Assembly (NCBI GenBank): GCA_001275005.1
Contig: JWZX01003227.1
Location: forward strand, 1 to 58,385
From: Chrysochromulina tobinii
Taxonomy: Eukaryota
Length of the DNA stretch: 58,385 bases
Direction: 5' to 3'
Positions 13,138-23,554 of this stretch are shown one piece after another. Each line of letters begins with the position of its first letter. The stretch's first letter is position 1. Below the pieces are notes generated by a model. That model saw nothing but the letters and a program-made list of their open reading frames with translations. It did not search any database and was not told where the DNA came from. Position numbers and translations under genes: made by a program.

Positions 13138-13350
13138 GGTAATAGAGACACGCAATTTTTCACAGTCACAACACAAACTTGAGCACTTTTCAGCGATGGC
13201 TGATCAAAGCCGGATTCATGTGGAATCTCATGCACCGAGTTGACGAACCCGAAACTGCGATCTGGCGCGTCTCCATTGCCATGGTGTTCCACGACCTGCT
13301 CGGTGCGCACTTTGCCTCTCGCTCGGAGTTCGAAGAGCACCTAGAGGAAA

Positions 13351-14417
13351 ATGCGTTTCGCGTCTCGGTTGGCCATCGCAGGTGGCGGCGCCACCGCAGC
13401 CGCCGCAGCGACCTGCTGCCTCGCGATTTCGCGGCGGGATCCGAGCTCAAATTTGAGTGAAGACAGCAAGATGCGGCCAGCGATGAAGCCGAGCCTGACC
13501 GAAGCGAAAATGCAGCGGAGGAGGAGCCAAATAGAAGAAGATCGTGAGAAGAAAATCGCACTAGAGTTGCCACCTCGACGTCCACGAATCGCAATCTTCG
13601 GCGGCTCCTTCGACCCTATCACCAACTCGCACCTGAATACCGCCGCCGAGATCGTGCACTCAAAGCTGGCCGACGAGGTTTGGCTGACGCCCTGTGCGCG
13701 CCGACCAGATAAGCCAGAGTTGAGGACGTCGGTCGTGCACCGGCTCATCATGGCGCACCTTGCCGTGAACACAACATTCGGCTCGCACTTTGGCGTCAAG
13801 GTATGCGACGAGGAGGTGGGCAATCCACGCAACGTGCCGTCCGTCGTCCTGATGCGACGGCTCAAAGAGAAGTACCCAGAGTACGACTTCTCCTTCGTCC
13901 TCGGCACCGATCTGCTGGACAATGTGCAAGATTGGGACGCGCCAAGCTTACCAGGCTATTGGGAGGAGGTCGTAGATGGCGGCAAGACCTTCATGGACGA
14001 GAACCACTTCATCGTGGTTGACTACGTGTCTCGTAAGGGCGTGGATGCCGGCCAAAGGGCGCTCCCGCCCAACTTCGCGCGCATAGCGCCCGCGCTCGAA
14101 GCGCGCGGCTCGACGCTCTCGTCCACCTTGCTCTCGTCCAAGGAGGTGCGCCACCGAATGCGAGATGACTTTGCCCGATACGGGGAGGTAGGTGGCTTCA
14201 TCGACCTGGCAGGCCGCAACCATTCGTGGTATGATGAGGCCGAGGGTCTTCTGCCGCCAAGTGTGCTCGGCCACATTGTCCGATACGGACTCTACGCACG
14301 GGTACGCTGCGCAGCACGCGCGCCGCCGCCATGTTGGCAGCGCCCTTGCGCCCAAGTGCGCCGCCTCTCATGCTTCGTTGTTGCTCGGACACGCCTCGCG
14401 CGCAGGATGAGACATGA
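13351..14417 (+). CDS. Nicotinate/nicotinamide-nucleotide adenylyltransferase (NadD family); probable intron 14302-14405
   Basis: IFGGSFDPITNSH (T/HxGH-type motif), FVLGTDLL, LSSKEVR, LLPPSVLGHIVRYGLY; GTACGC...CGCAG intron followed by DET-stop. Confidence 0.85.
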
Positions 14418-14703
14418 GTGAGACGAGGTTCTAGCTTCTAGGAGAGGTCGTTCTAGGAGAGGTTCTTCATTGTTCGTCGTCGACTCAGGTCTCAAGCTCT
14501 CAACGGATCCTTCCGCTGGGCAAGTGCGTGGTGTGCAACCATGATGTGAACGTGCAGAGCATGTGTGAATGGAAGTTCAAGTTGGAGATCGAGATGTGTG
14601 TTGATTCAGGTGTGAACGTGTTGAGGTGCCGTGTTGAGCGGAGGTGAACGTGTTGTGAATTTCACACCGATTTCACACCTCAGACATTGATCTGCCACTG
14701 CAA

Positions 14704-16236
14704 ATGGTGAGTGCCTCCATTCACAAAGGTGTATGCGGCGCTCACATCTGCATGATGCGCACGACGCTGCTCTCTGGGCTGGCGATGTGCACAACTCCGA
14801 TCCACCAAGCTGCTGTGGTGCTGCTTCGACCTGGCGAGGACCACACTCTTGCACATGGATTACAACATGCCCTTGGAAAGATGCCTCTCGTTCACATCCA
14901 CGGCGATGATGGGAGGGCAGCCGCACAGGTAGACAGCATCAGTGGTGTGCGGGCCATCTTTGAGCTCGGCGTCTGTAGCCGATCGTCGATACCGCTGCTC
15001 GAGCTGAGCGAGGCATTGGGCGCGAGCCTTTACCGATATCAGCCCAGCGTGGCGATGTTCAAGCGGCTGCATGGCACCGATGGCCCAACATGGATCGCCA
15101 TCGGAACGGCGAGCGCCGCGTCAGAGGAGATCATCGCCGACGCTAATGGCTGGGGTTATCTCGCTGGTGACGAGGAGCCCGTACTCGATACCAAGGCGTT
15201 GACTGATGCTGAGCTCAGAAGGCTAATGACCCTGCCTGCAGAGCGCAGCAGCGACGAGCAGACCATAGCCGATGCGATGAGCACGCCTATCGTCATAGGT
15301 GAGCTTGGCTATCAAGTGATGTCGTCCGTCGAATTTCAGCAGAATGGGCGCCACACCTCTTGGACCACAATAGCAGCGCGCGTGCTCCTCTTCGGTTCCA
15401 CCGAGCCGCCACACTCGTATACTCTAGCGGATGGCACACCCTTTCCAGCCGAAGGTTCGGATGGTGTCTTTGTCTCCGCTGCCACTGGCGCCCCGCTTTT
15501 CGACAGCGTGCAGCGAAGGCGCAGCACGTCGGGATGGCCATCGTTCGTGGCGACCGGAGGCACGCTGTCGAAGCACCTCAAGCCCTCGATGGACTACAGT
15601 GCGGGCACTGCGCGTGTCGAACTCGTAGAGAGCCACACAGGCCTCCACCTCGGGCATGACCTGGGCGGCGTGTACTGCATCAACGCGGCTGCCCTGGCCT
15701 TTGTGCCACGCGGTGAACCGATGCCGGTGTGGCTGCCGGAACCACCCGCTCCCGCCTTGGCAGCGCTCCTGAGGACGCATCGAGGCACAAGGTGGCTCGG
15801 GCGCGCGACTGTGGCCACCCTCGCCGCCGGCTGCTTTTGGCACTTCCGCCGCTCGCTCGCTGCCATTCCCGGTGTGCTCGTGGCGGTTGCCGGCTATTGC
15901 GGAGGGGAGTCCGAGTCGCCGACGTATGAGGATGTGTGCACAGGCCGGAGCGGCCACGTCGAGGCGGTCCAAGTGGCCTTTGACCCTTTGGTGCTCACGT
16001 TCACCGAGCTGCTCGAGTCCTATTGGGGCATGGTGCCGGACCCGACATCGAGCTACAGGCAGGGAATGGACATCGGCCCACAGTACGAGAGCGCCATATT
16101 TTTCCATTCGGACGAGCAGCGACAGCTCGCGCTGCTGTCGCGCGAGCGTGCCGGCCGACGGATCGATGCGAAAATCGTCACGAAACTGCGCCCGGCGGGC
16201 CACTTTTGGATGGCTGAGGTCGAGCATCAGCGATGA
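14704..16236 (+). CDS. Methionine sulfoxide reductase MsrB-MsrA fusion with an unknown N-terminal region
   Basis: MsrB motifs PLFDS, SGWPSF, HLGH, YCINAAAL; MsrA motifs AAGCFW, PTYEDVCTGRSGHVEAVQV, QGMDIGPQYESAIF, AEVEHQ. Start could be 14704 or 14752. Confidence 0.85.
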   Translation: MVSASIHKGVCGAHICMMRTTLLSGLAMCTTPIHQAAVVLLRPGEDHTLAHGLQHALGKMPLVHIHGDDGRAAAQVDSISGVRAIFELGVCSRSSIPLLELSEALGASLYRYQPSVAMFKRLHGTDGPTWIAIGTASAASEEIIADANGWGYLAGDEEPVLDTKALTDAELRRLMTLPAERSSDEQTIADAMSTPIVIGELGYQVMSSVEFQQNGRHTSWTTIAARVLLFGSTEPPHSYTLADGTPFPAEGSDGVFVSAATGAPLFDSVQRRRSTSGWPSFVATGGTLSKHLKPSMDYSAGTARVELVESHTGLHLGHDLGGVYCINAAALAFVPRGEPMPVWLPEPPAPALAALLRTHRGTRWLGRATVATLAAGCFWHFRRSLAAIPGVLVAVAGYCGGESESPTYEDVCTGRSGHVEAVQVAFDPLVLTFTELLESYWGMVPDPTSSYRQGMDIGPQYESAIFFHSDEQRQLALLSRERAGRRIDAKIVTKLRPAGHFWMAEVEHQR

Positions 16237-16329
16237 CGCGAACACGATCGTGTATCCTTCATACTTTCATATGATTTATTTTTCGCAAGAACTGATCCGT
16301 TCCTCTACAATTGTATCATAGACAGTTGT

Positions 16330-17043
16330 TCACCTCGTCGACAACGTCATCGCGCCCGTCGCCATCTCCACCAACGCCGCTGCCGCACGTGCTCTGGCCG
16401 GCTCCGCCCCCTCCGCCGCCGTCGCCTCCTCTGCCGCCTTTACCTCCTCTGCCTCACGAGCCTTCGCCTCAGCCTCCTCCGCCTCAGCCGCCGTCTTCGC
16501 CGCCGCCGCCGCCCCCGCCTCTGCCACGTCACCCTCGATCGACTCCGTCTCCATACCCGCCGCCCTCGCCACCGCCGTCTCCCCCCCCGCCTCCTCCTCC
16601 TTGCGCTTGAGGTCGGTCCTAGCGCCCATCGTCAACCACTCGTGGAATTCCTTGCCCTTGTAGTTCAACCCGAAATTCGGCCCGTTGTCTCCGTGCGTCT
16701 CCCACTCGATCTCGGTCTGGTCGCCCTTCTTGGCGTACTTTGGGGCAAACTTCGACGACTCGGGGTCCTCCAGCACGCCCATCTCCGAGAACGACCTGAA
16801 GCCGCATTGCTTGCCATCGCCGAGGATCTTCTGCACCGTCGAGATGGAACACTGCTTCTTCAGCTTGAACACGACGTGGATCAACGGCAACTTGGTGTGC
16901 TGGCACACCGCCTCGCCGTAGACGGCGTAGTTCGTCTCCTCCGAGCAGAAGGTGTCGAGTCTCTGAAGGTTGGCCTCCGTCGGGTTGAAGAAGGTAAGGA
17001 TGCCATTAGAGCAGCGACGGGACGACGGCGCTGGCGGCGGCAT
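16330..17043 (-). mobile_element. Endogenous CRESS-DNA-virus Rep-like HUH endonuclease domain without helicase, followed by a low-complexity Ala/Glu tail
   Basis: Motif I-like ILTFFNPTE, YAVYGEAVCQHTKLPLIH (cf. YxxxGxEvxxxTgTPHLQ), motif III YAKKG and GARTDL (cf. QGxRxDL), in Rep order and spacing. Confidence 0.7.
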
Positions 17044-17227
17044 GCAGGACAAAAGGCGGACGCCGCGAGGGTGACCGGTACGACGCTGCTAGAGGTGCAC
17101 GATGTGGACGCTCGACTAGTAACCATTGCATAATTTCGGCCAGCCCCCGCCGCGGCCTTCCCCGGGAATGCGCTTTGCGGGGGTCCTCGAAGAAGGTGTC
17201 CTATAATTACCGTAGTCTACTCGTACA

Positions 17228-18307
17228 ATGTCCTCCGCCGGCGTCATTCTGCCGTGGCTGAGTGTCGCAGCGACGCATCCGTGCGGCATCCCAGCGCATC
17301 GATCAACAGCCGACGGCAGATCATACATCGTTCGACTGCCGTCATCATGTGCGCATGCGAAGCCACTGCCATTCATCGTCCTCGTGCATTGCTTTGGGTG
17401 CACTGCTGAAATGGAGATCGACAAATTTGCAGACGTTGCGGATGCACGCGGAGTCGGGCTGGTAGCTCCCGAAGGCATCGGTTCGAGTTTCCATGCGCCA
17501 CACTGCTGCGGCCCGGCCCTGAACGAAAAGATTGACGACGTTTCGTTCATCGATGGCATCGTCGCGGCGCTTGTTGCGGAGGGCTTGGCCGAGCCCCACT
17601 CGATTTCTGTGAGCGGTTTCTCCAACGGCGGCTTCATGGCGTCACACTTGGTGGACCCTGCCTCCAAGAGCCGCACGCAATGGGCGGCTGTTGCGACCGC
17701 CGCCGGTCACGAATACGGACTCACGCGAGCCGATCCGTTGCCCGTCTCTATCCACCACTGCCGCAACGACGCGATGGTCAACACGAGTGGCTGCTGCGCA
17801 CGCAGCCCTGCGCCGGCCGGTGAGCTCGTCCGGCAGAGGATGTCGCGGAGCATAGCGAGTCCCTCCTCGACCTGCTGCTGCGGCATCCAAGCCGACACGT
17901 GTGAATCGGTGCAAGAGCAGTTCCGCAGGTGGGCGCAAGTCAACCGATGCAAGGCGTTCAGGACAGTAGCTGGGCCTGGCAATTCACGCTGCAAGGAGGG
18001 CGTTGGCTGCGCCGCCCCAACGCAGCTCTGCTTGTACGAGAACGGCTGCTACCACTCGCAGTGGGCGCGAGCCTTCCCGTCAGCGGCGGCCGTCGTCGAT
18101 CATCTGCTTGTGAATCACGGCTCTATCGCGCGCCCGTCGTTCGCTCGCGCGTCGCGCGCCCGTCGTTCGCTTGGACTCTCTGTAGGAGGAGCAGGAGGAG
18201 CTGGGGCGGCCTTGCGCATCGACGCGGACGATGGACGGCCGGACGTGGCAATACTTGCACTTCTCGCGCTGATAGCGCTGCTCGCCGGCATACTCACTCT
18301 GGCGTAG
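17228..18307 (+). CDS. Secreted or membrane-anchored esterase, PHB-depolymerase/LpqC-like
   Basis: Hydrophobic N-terminus, DDVSFIDGIV, SGFSNGGFMA nucleophile elbow, Cys-rich core and C-terminal TM. Confidence 0.75.
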   Translation: MSSAGVILPWLSVAATHPCGIPAHRSTADGRSYIVRLPSSCAHAKPLPFIVLVHCFGCTAEMEIDKFADVADARGVGLVAPEGIGSSFHAPHCCGPALNEKIDDVSFIDGIVAALVAEGLAEPHSISVSGFSNGGFMASHLVDPASKSRTQWAAVATAAGHEYGLTRADPLPVSIHHCRNDAMVNTSGCCARSPAPAGELVRQRMSRSIASPSSTCCCGIQADTCESVQEQFRRWAQVNRCKAFRTVAGPGNSRCKEGVGCAAPTQLCLYENGCYHSQWARAFPSAAAVVDHLLVNHGSIARPSFARASRARRSLGLSVGGAGGAGAALRIDADDGRPDVAILALLALIALLAGILTLA

Positions 18308-18676
18308 CTTGAAGCTCGAGCTGGGCGCCTGTATGGGACCGGGGCGCGGGCCGTCCGCCGGCCACACACACGAGTTTCGTCAGGCTCGGCTTGAGACGTG
18401 GGGACAGAGACCACAGACAATTGCTTTTTAGCAATTGCTTTTTAGGTGCCGAGTTTAGTCGGTTTGACTCTTTGAGAGGCCCAAGAGACGATACCATCCG
18501 ATCTGTTAATACACACGGCGACCAGGGCTCGTAGGTCGAGAGGCGCTCTCTGTGAGAATCGAAGAGAGAGAGACAACGCGCCACGTGGGGAACGTTTTTT
18601 CCGCGCGACTTTCCAATCATTGCTTTTCCCATCTCGCGCGACCTCCCTCTCGTCCTCATCGTCGGGCGTGCAGACC

Positions 18677-20188
18677 ATGATCGCCGCCATTACCACTGCC
18701 TCGCTCTCATTCCTCGCCGGAAGCGGTCCGCACTTTGTGCAGCAGCAGCAGACGCAGCAGCCGGTCGTGAGCATGGTCGCGGTTCGTCGAGCTGCGCGTC
18801 GAACCTGCCAACGAAACATCGCGACCGCGCCGCGCCTGCGCTCTTGTACCGTGGGGCTGATTTTGAGTGCACGTTCGATGTGTGTCGCTGAACAGGCGAC
18901 GGGCTTCTCGACTGCAAAGTCCTCCAAGATCATGGCGGAGGCACGGACGATCATGCCGGGCGGTGTCTCTTCGCCGGTGCGCGCCTTCAAGTCGGTGGGC
19001 GGTGAACCCGTCGTCTTCGACCGCGCCAAGGGCAGCAAGGCGTACGATGTCGACGGGAACGAGTACGTGGACTACGTCGGCTCGTGGGGCCCAGCGATCG
19101 TGGGTCACGCGGACGACAGGGTGCTCGCGGCGATCAAGGAGACGATGGACAAGGGCACGTCCTTCGGTGCGCCCTGCGCTCTCGAGAACGAGCTCGCCAA
19201 GATGGTGATCGACGCGGTGCCGTCGGTCGAGATGGTGCGCTTCACCAACTCGGGCACCGAGGCGTGCATGGGCGTGCTGCGGCTGATGCGCGCGTACACC
19301 AAGCGCGAAAAGATCATCAAGTTCGACGGCTGCTACCACGGGCACGCCGACGCCTTCCTGGTGGCGGCGGGCTCGGGCGTCGCGACTCTTGGGCTGCCTG
19401 ACTCGCCGGGCGTCACCGTGGGCGCATCGCAGTCGACGCTGGTGGCGACGTACAACGACCTCGAGACCGTCAAGGCACTCTTCCAGGCGAACAAGGGCGA
19501 GATCGCCGGTGTCATCCTCGAGGGCGTCGTGGGCAACTCGGGCTTCATCGTGCCGGACAAGGCCTTCCTCACGGGGCTGCGCCAGCTCTGCGACGACAAC
19601 GGCGCGCTGCTCGTCTTCGACGAGGTGATGACAGGCTTCCGCATCTCGTACGGCGGCGCGCAGCAGCATTGGGGCATCACGCCTGACCTCTCCACCTTCG
19701 GCAAGGTCATCGGCGGCGGTCTGCCCGTGGGCGCGTATGCGGGCAAGAGGGAGATCATGGAGATGGTGGCGCCTGCGGGCCCCATGTACCAGGCTGGCAC
19801 CCTCTCGGGCAATCCGCTCGCGATGCGCGCGGGCATCGAGACTCTCAAGATCCTCCGGCAGCCAGGCTCATACGAGTACCTTGATAAGCAGACCAAGAAG
19901 CTCATCGACGGCATCCTCGCCGCCGGCAAGGCGGCTGGCCACGCTGTCACCGGCGGCCACATCAGCGGCATGTTCGGCTTCTTCTTCTGCGAGGGGCCAG
20001 TCAAGTGCTTCGCCGACGCGGCCAAGTCGGACACGGACAAGTTTGCACGGTGGCACCGGGGCATGCTCGAGCGTGGCGTGTACCTCGCTCCCTCGCAATA
20101 CGAGGCCGGCTTCGTCTCACTCGCGCACTCGGACGCTGACATCGAGAAAACCATCAAGGCCGCCAAGGAGGTCTTTGCCATGATTTGA
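18677..20188 (+). CDS. hemL: Glutamate-1-semialdehyde 2,1-aminomutase, plastid-targeted; probable in-frame intron 18782-18895
   Basis: [47 protein letters not shown]; leader [18 protein letters not shown]...AACAG intron of 114 nt. Confidence 0.95.
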   Translation: MIAAITTASLSFLAGSGPHFVQQQQTQQPVVSMVAVRRAARRTCQRNIATAPRLRSCTVGLILSARSMCVAEQATGFSTAKSSKIMAEARTIMPGGVSSPVRAFKSVGGEPVVFDRAKGSKAYDVDGNEYVDYVGSWGPAIVGHADDRVLAAIKETMDKGTSFGAPCALENELAKMVIDAVPSVEMVRFTNSGTEACMGVLRLMRAYTKREKIIKFDGCYHGHADAFLVAAGSGVATLGLPDSPGVTVGASQSTLVATYNDLETVKALFQANKGEIAGVILEGVVGNSGFIVPDKAFLTGLRQLCDDNGALLVFDEVMTGFRISYGGAQQHWGITPDLSTFGKVIGGGLPVGAYAGKREIMEMVAPAGPMYQAGTLSGNPLAMRAGIETLKILRQPGSYEYLDKQTKKLIDGILAAGKAAGHAVTGGHISGMFGFFFCEGPVKCFADAAKSDTDKFARWHRGMLERGVYLAPSQYEAGFVSLAHSDADIEKTIKAAKEVFAMI

Positions 20189-20563
20189 GTGATCCTCTAG
20201 CGAGGCGAGCGGGAACTCACGGTGCGCCACCGCACAGTGCAGGGACGTGTGTGAGACGGGGAAAGCATGCTGATGAACAGTGTGATGTAGTTGTGGGGAT
20301 GCACACGGACCGCGGATGATGCGCAGCAGCTGCGCGTGTTGCACGAACTGCTCTGTCGTAAGGCATTCAGTCATCGTCGGTCACACGTGTATAAAGATGA
20401 AAACCATACGGTGTCTCGGCCCCGCCCGGTGCGTACGCAAGGTCCGTGCCGCCGGTTGACAAGCACGCAACGCAACACGTGCCGTGCGGCGCTGACAAGC
20501 GGCCGAACGGCACAAGAAACCGTAACCGAGTCACGAAATCACGTCGATAAACATGTAACATCC

Positions 20564-23095
20564 TCATCTGTCAGCCTGGAGGATCCGCAGGGCTTCCACC
20601 GGGAATTGGTTGTCCACAATCGAAAGTGTACCCGCACTGAGCTCCTTGTGCAGATGGACGATGGCGCCATCGAGCGAGTGCTTGTAGCAGAGCTTCTTGA
20701 CGAAAACCTCCTTCGTCTGCCCGAGGCGATGGATGCGCCCCGCTGCCTGCACTTCCATTGACGGGTCGAGGCATGGTTCCATGAGATACACTCGAGTCGC
20801 GGCGGTGAGTGTCATGCCCACGTTGCCCGCCTTCATCGTGGCCACGAATACCTTGGGCGGCGTTACCTTGGCCTTCTTGGCGCCCTTGCCATGTGCGGCG
20901 CAAGCCTCTGCAGACTCCTGGAACTCGCGGATCGAGCGGTGGCGTTCCTTGGCGGACACGCCGCCGGTGAAGCCACACACGACGAAGCCGGCCTCTGCCA
21001 GCCTCTTTGTGATGGCGGCGTATGCGTCCAAGTGGTGCGTGAAGACGACGGCATGCAGCGCCGGCTCGGTGGCGCGAAGCTGCTCGAGGTCGTCTACGAG
21101 CACCTGCAGTTTTCGTCCCGTCGGGGCATGCCAATTCGAGCTGAAACATCGATTGCTTTGTGTCCACCTCGGTAGCACGCCGGCGCCGCAGCAGGCTTGG
21201 CGGCGCTCGTTGAGCGCGGTCTCGACGCTAAACGTCTTTGCCTTCTTGGGCTCCTCGATCAGGGAAGCCAGCTTGTGCTCATGTCTGTGAGTCGACTCGT
21301 CATAGAGGCGGCGCTCGCTCGGACTCATGTCTACCCACACCGTTGCGCAATCGGCGTCCGGCAGCGCGAGTGCTACCTGTCCCCCGATGCGTTGGGCCTT
21401 CGTGTGCCGGATCATGAGGCGCTGGAGCACGCCGGGCAGCTCCGACCGGCACGAGTCGTCGTCGTGGTACTTGCGGAGTTGCAGCCCGCCGTCCCACTGG
21501 CCGATCAGATCCGCCATCTTGTACAGGTCCTTCACCGAGCTCGACAGGGGCGTGCCTGTCACACCCCACGCAAATCGAAAGCCGCCCATGCTTTCGGAGC
21601 CGGTGGCTCTTTCTCTCAACGAGCTGGTTGCATGCGCGATGGCGTCGCGCCCATGGCATTCGTCGATGATGATCCGGTGGACGCGAATGTATTTGCCCAT
21701 ATGATGGCCGCCATCAGTAAACATCGTCGTGCCATGCGTCGAGAGCACGACATCGGTATTCATCAGATCGGCATAGATCTTAGGCTTCGTCGTGCCATAG
21801 TACCAGCGCACGCGCAGCGACGGCGCAAACTTGGCGAGCTCATCTTGCCACTGGCCAAGCAACGCATTCGTCGTCAGCACGACGGTCACCGGCAGCGTCA
21901 CGACCTCCGGCTTCGTCCACTTGGCGAACTCTGGATTGGGCCGCTTCGGCTTGTATTTGTCCAGTTCCATTCGAGTGCGCGTGATATATTTGCCGGGGAA
22001 GCCCTCTACCTTCTCTTGAAACGTCACTTCCTTGAGCGGCGTCATCAGCATTTCGGGCGCCCTGAGATCATTTTCGTGGCCTTGGGTGCTGTACAACGTG
22101 CCCCCAATGGTCATCGTCCATGTCTTGCTCGTGAGGGAGCGGCCGAAGAGGTTGCGCATGGCGGCCAGAGCCTCGCCCGTGGGCTTCGGCGCCGGCTGTG
22201 CTAGCATGAGGGCGGCGCACACGCACGTCTTCCCCATGCCCACTTCGTCGCACAGCCAACCACCGCGCACCCCAGCCCCACTCCCCCCAACTCCCAGCCC
22301 CCCGAGCAGCTGCAAATCGCTTGTCGTCTCCACCTGTATCATGAACGCCAGAGACTGGGCCTGGTAAGGCCGCAGCGTAGCCTTGAGCTTTGGTGGCGCG
22401 GCGGCTTCGATCGGAAAGACTTGCTCGACCCGCTTCATGATCACCTCACACGATATGACGCCGCCGCCGCCGCCAGGCACGTGCGCTGTCGGCAGGCTCT
22501 TCCTGCCCGCCGCCGCCGCCGACGAGGCGGATGCTGATGCCGACGACGACGACGCGGATGCGGAGGACGCGCGGAGCTTCCACGCCTCGCGCTCCTGCCG
22601 CCAGCGGGCCGACGTGTGCGTGGCATGGCAGTGCTCAATCCACTTTGGGCAGGTGGGTGCTGGCTGGTCGCAGACGAAACAGTAGCAGTTCGCGCACCGG
22701 AGCGTCGGGCCATCAGTGAAGCGGAAGGTGGCACAGTTCTCGCGAGCGTGAGGGAAATCCGAAAGCGCCAAATCGCCCTTGCGCCCTTGGAAGATGACGT
22801 CGTCGTCGCCGTCACTATCCGCTTCGTCGTTCACAGCCTTGCTTGGACTGGCGAGCGAGTTCGCGGCCATAGATGACCCGGCGGCGTGGCTTGATCTATC
22901 TGGTGGGCTCACTTCCACGCATTCCTCGTCTGAATCAGCGGAAAGCAACTCTACATCCTTTGCCTTGCGCTTGCCAGGATTGCTTTCCAATGTCGAGCGC
23001 AGGACCGTTGGCAGGCCCGAAAGCCGGCGATCCAACGTCGTCTCGTCATCCTCCTCGTCCGAGCTGATGATATTGATCTCGATGCGCCTTGCCAT
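20564..23095 (-). CDS. SNF2-family ATPase (Rad5/Rad16-like) with an N-terminal Cys/His-rich domain
   Basis: LRPYQ, DEVGMGKT, DECH, TGTP, QAAGRIHRLGQ; N-terminal DFPHARENC...CANCYCFVCD...HCHAT. Confidence 0.85.
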   Translation of the reverse strand: MARRIEINIISSDEEDDETTLDRRLSGLPTVLRSTLESNPGKRKAKDVELLSADSDEECVEVSPPDRSSHAAGSSMAANSLASPSKAVNDEADSDGDDDVIFQGRKGDLALSDFPHARENCATFRFTDGPTLRCANCYCFVCDQPAPTCPKWIEHCHATHTSARWRQEREAWKLRASSASASSSSASASASSAAAAGRKSLPTAHVPGGGGGVISCEVIMKRVEQVFPIEAAAPPKLKATLRPYQAQSLAFMIQVETTSDLQLLGGLGVGGSGAGVRGGWLCDEVGMGKTCVCAALMLAQPAPKPTGEALAAMRNLFGRSLTSKTWTMTIGGTLYSTQGHENDLRAPEMLMTPLKEVTFQEKVEGFPGKYITRTRMELDKYKPKRPNPEFAKWTKPEVVTLPVTVVLTTNALLGQWQDELAKFAPSLRVRWYYGTTKPKIYADLMNTDVVLSTHGTTMFTDGGHHMGKYIRVHRIIIDECHGRDAIAHATSSLRERATGSESMGGFRFAWGVTGTPLSSSVKDLYKMADLIGQWDGGLQLRKYHDDDSCRSELPGVLQRLMIRHTKAQRIGGQVALALPDADCATVWVDMSPSERRLYDESTHRHEHKLASLIEEPKKAKTFSVETALNERRQACCGAGVLPRWTQSNRCFSSNWHAPTGRKLQVLVDDLEQLRATEPALHAVVFTHHLDAYAAITKRLAEAGFVVCGFTGGVSAKERHRSIREFQESAEACAAHGKGAKKAKVTPPKVFVATMKAGNVGMTLTAATRVYLMEPCLDPSMEVQAAGRIHRLGQTKEVFVKKLCYKHSLDGAIVHLHKELSAGTLSIVDNQFPVEALRILQADR

Positions 23096-23554
23096 GTGCG
23101 CGGTGACAGCAAGTCGGGTGCGCCGCGCGGGAATTGGACTTTCTCGAGAAAGGGTCATCAGTTGAATCCACACAAGGAGACTTGCTCGACCGAACATCTC
23201 ATTGGCGGCCAGATACGTCGGGGGGGGGCGAACGGTGGCGGTGTTCCCACCACTGGGAGCACCCTCAAACCTTAACAGCCAATGTTTATAATTCGACACC
23301 CAAGACACCGGACCAAAAGTGAAACGAGACACTCGAGAAGATACGAAGAACTTCAGTGGTCGAGAGTGATTGAACGCGGCGCGATGATACTATTAGCTTC
23401 TCCTCAGAGACACTCCGTGTCACTTTCCATGAAACGAGACACAGAGAAGCTACCTGCTTGCTGCAACCAAATCTCACGCGGGAAGGTCGCTTTTTGTAAC
23501 GGGGAAAGAACACGGCCGTTAAGAACAAACTGAAACTCACCTACGTCCTGTCTC

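Noticed and set aside
17195..17220. TATAATTAC upstream of the Rep-like ORF as a CRESS origin nonanucleotide
   Set aside because: One mismatch to NANTATTAC and no flanking stem.
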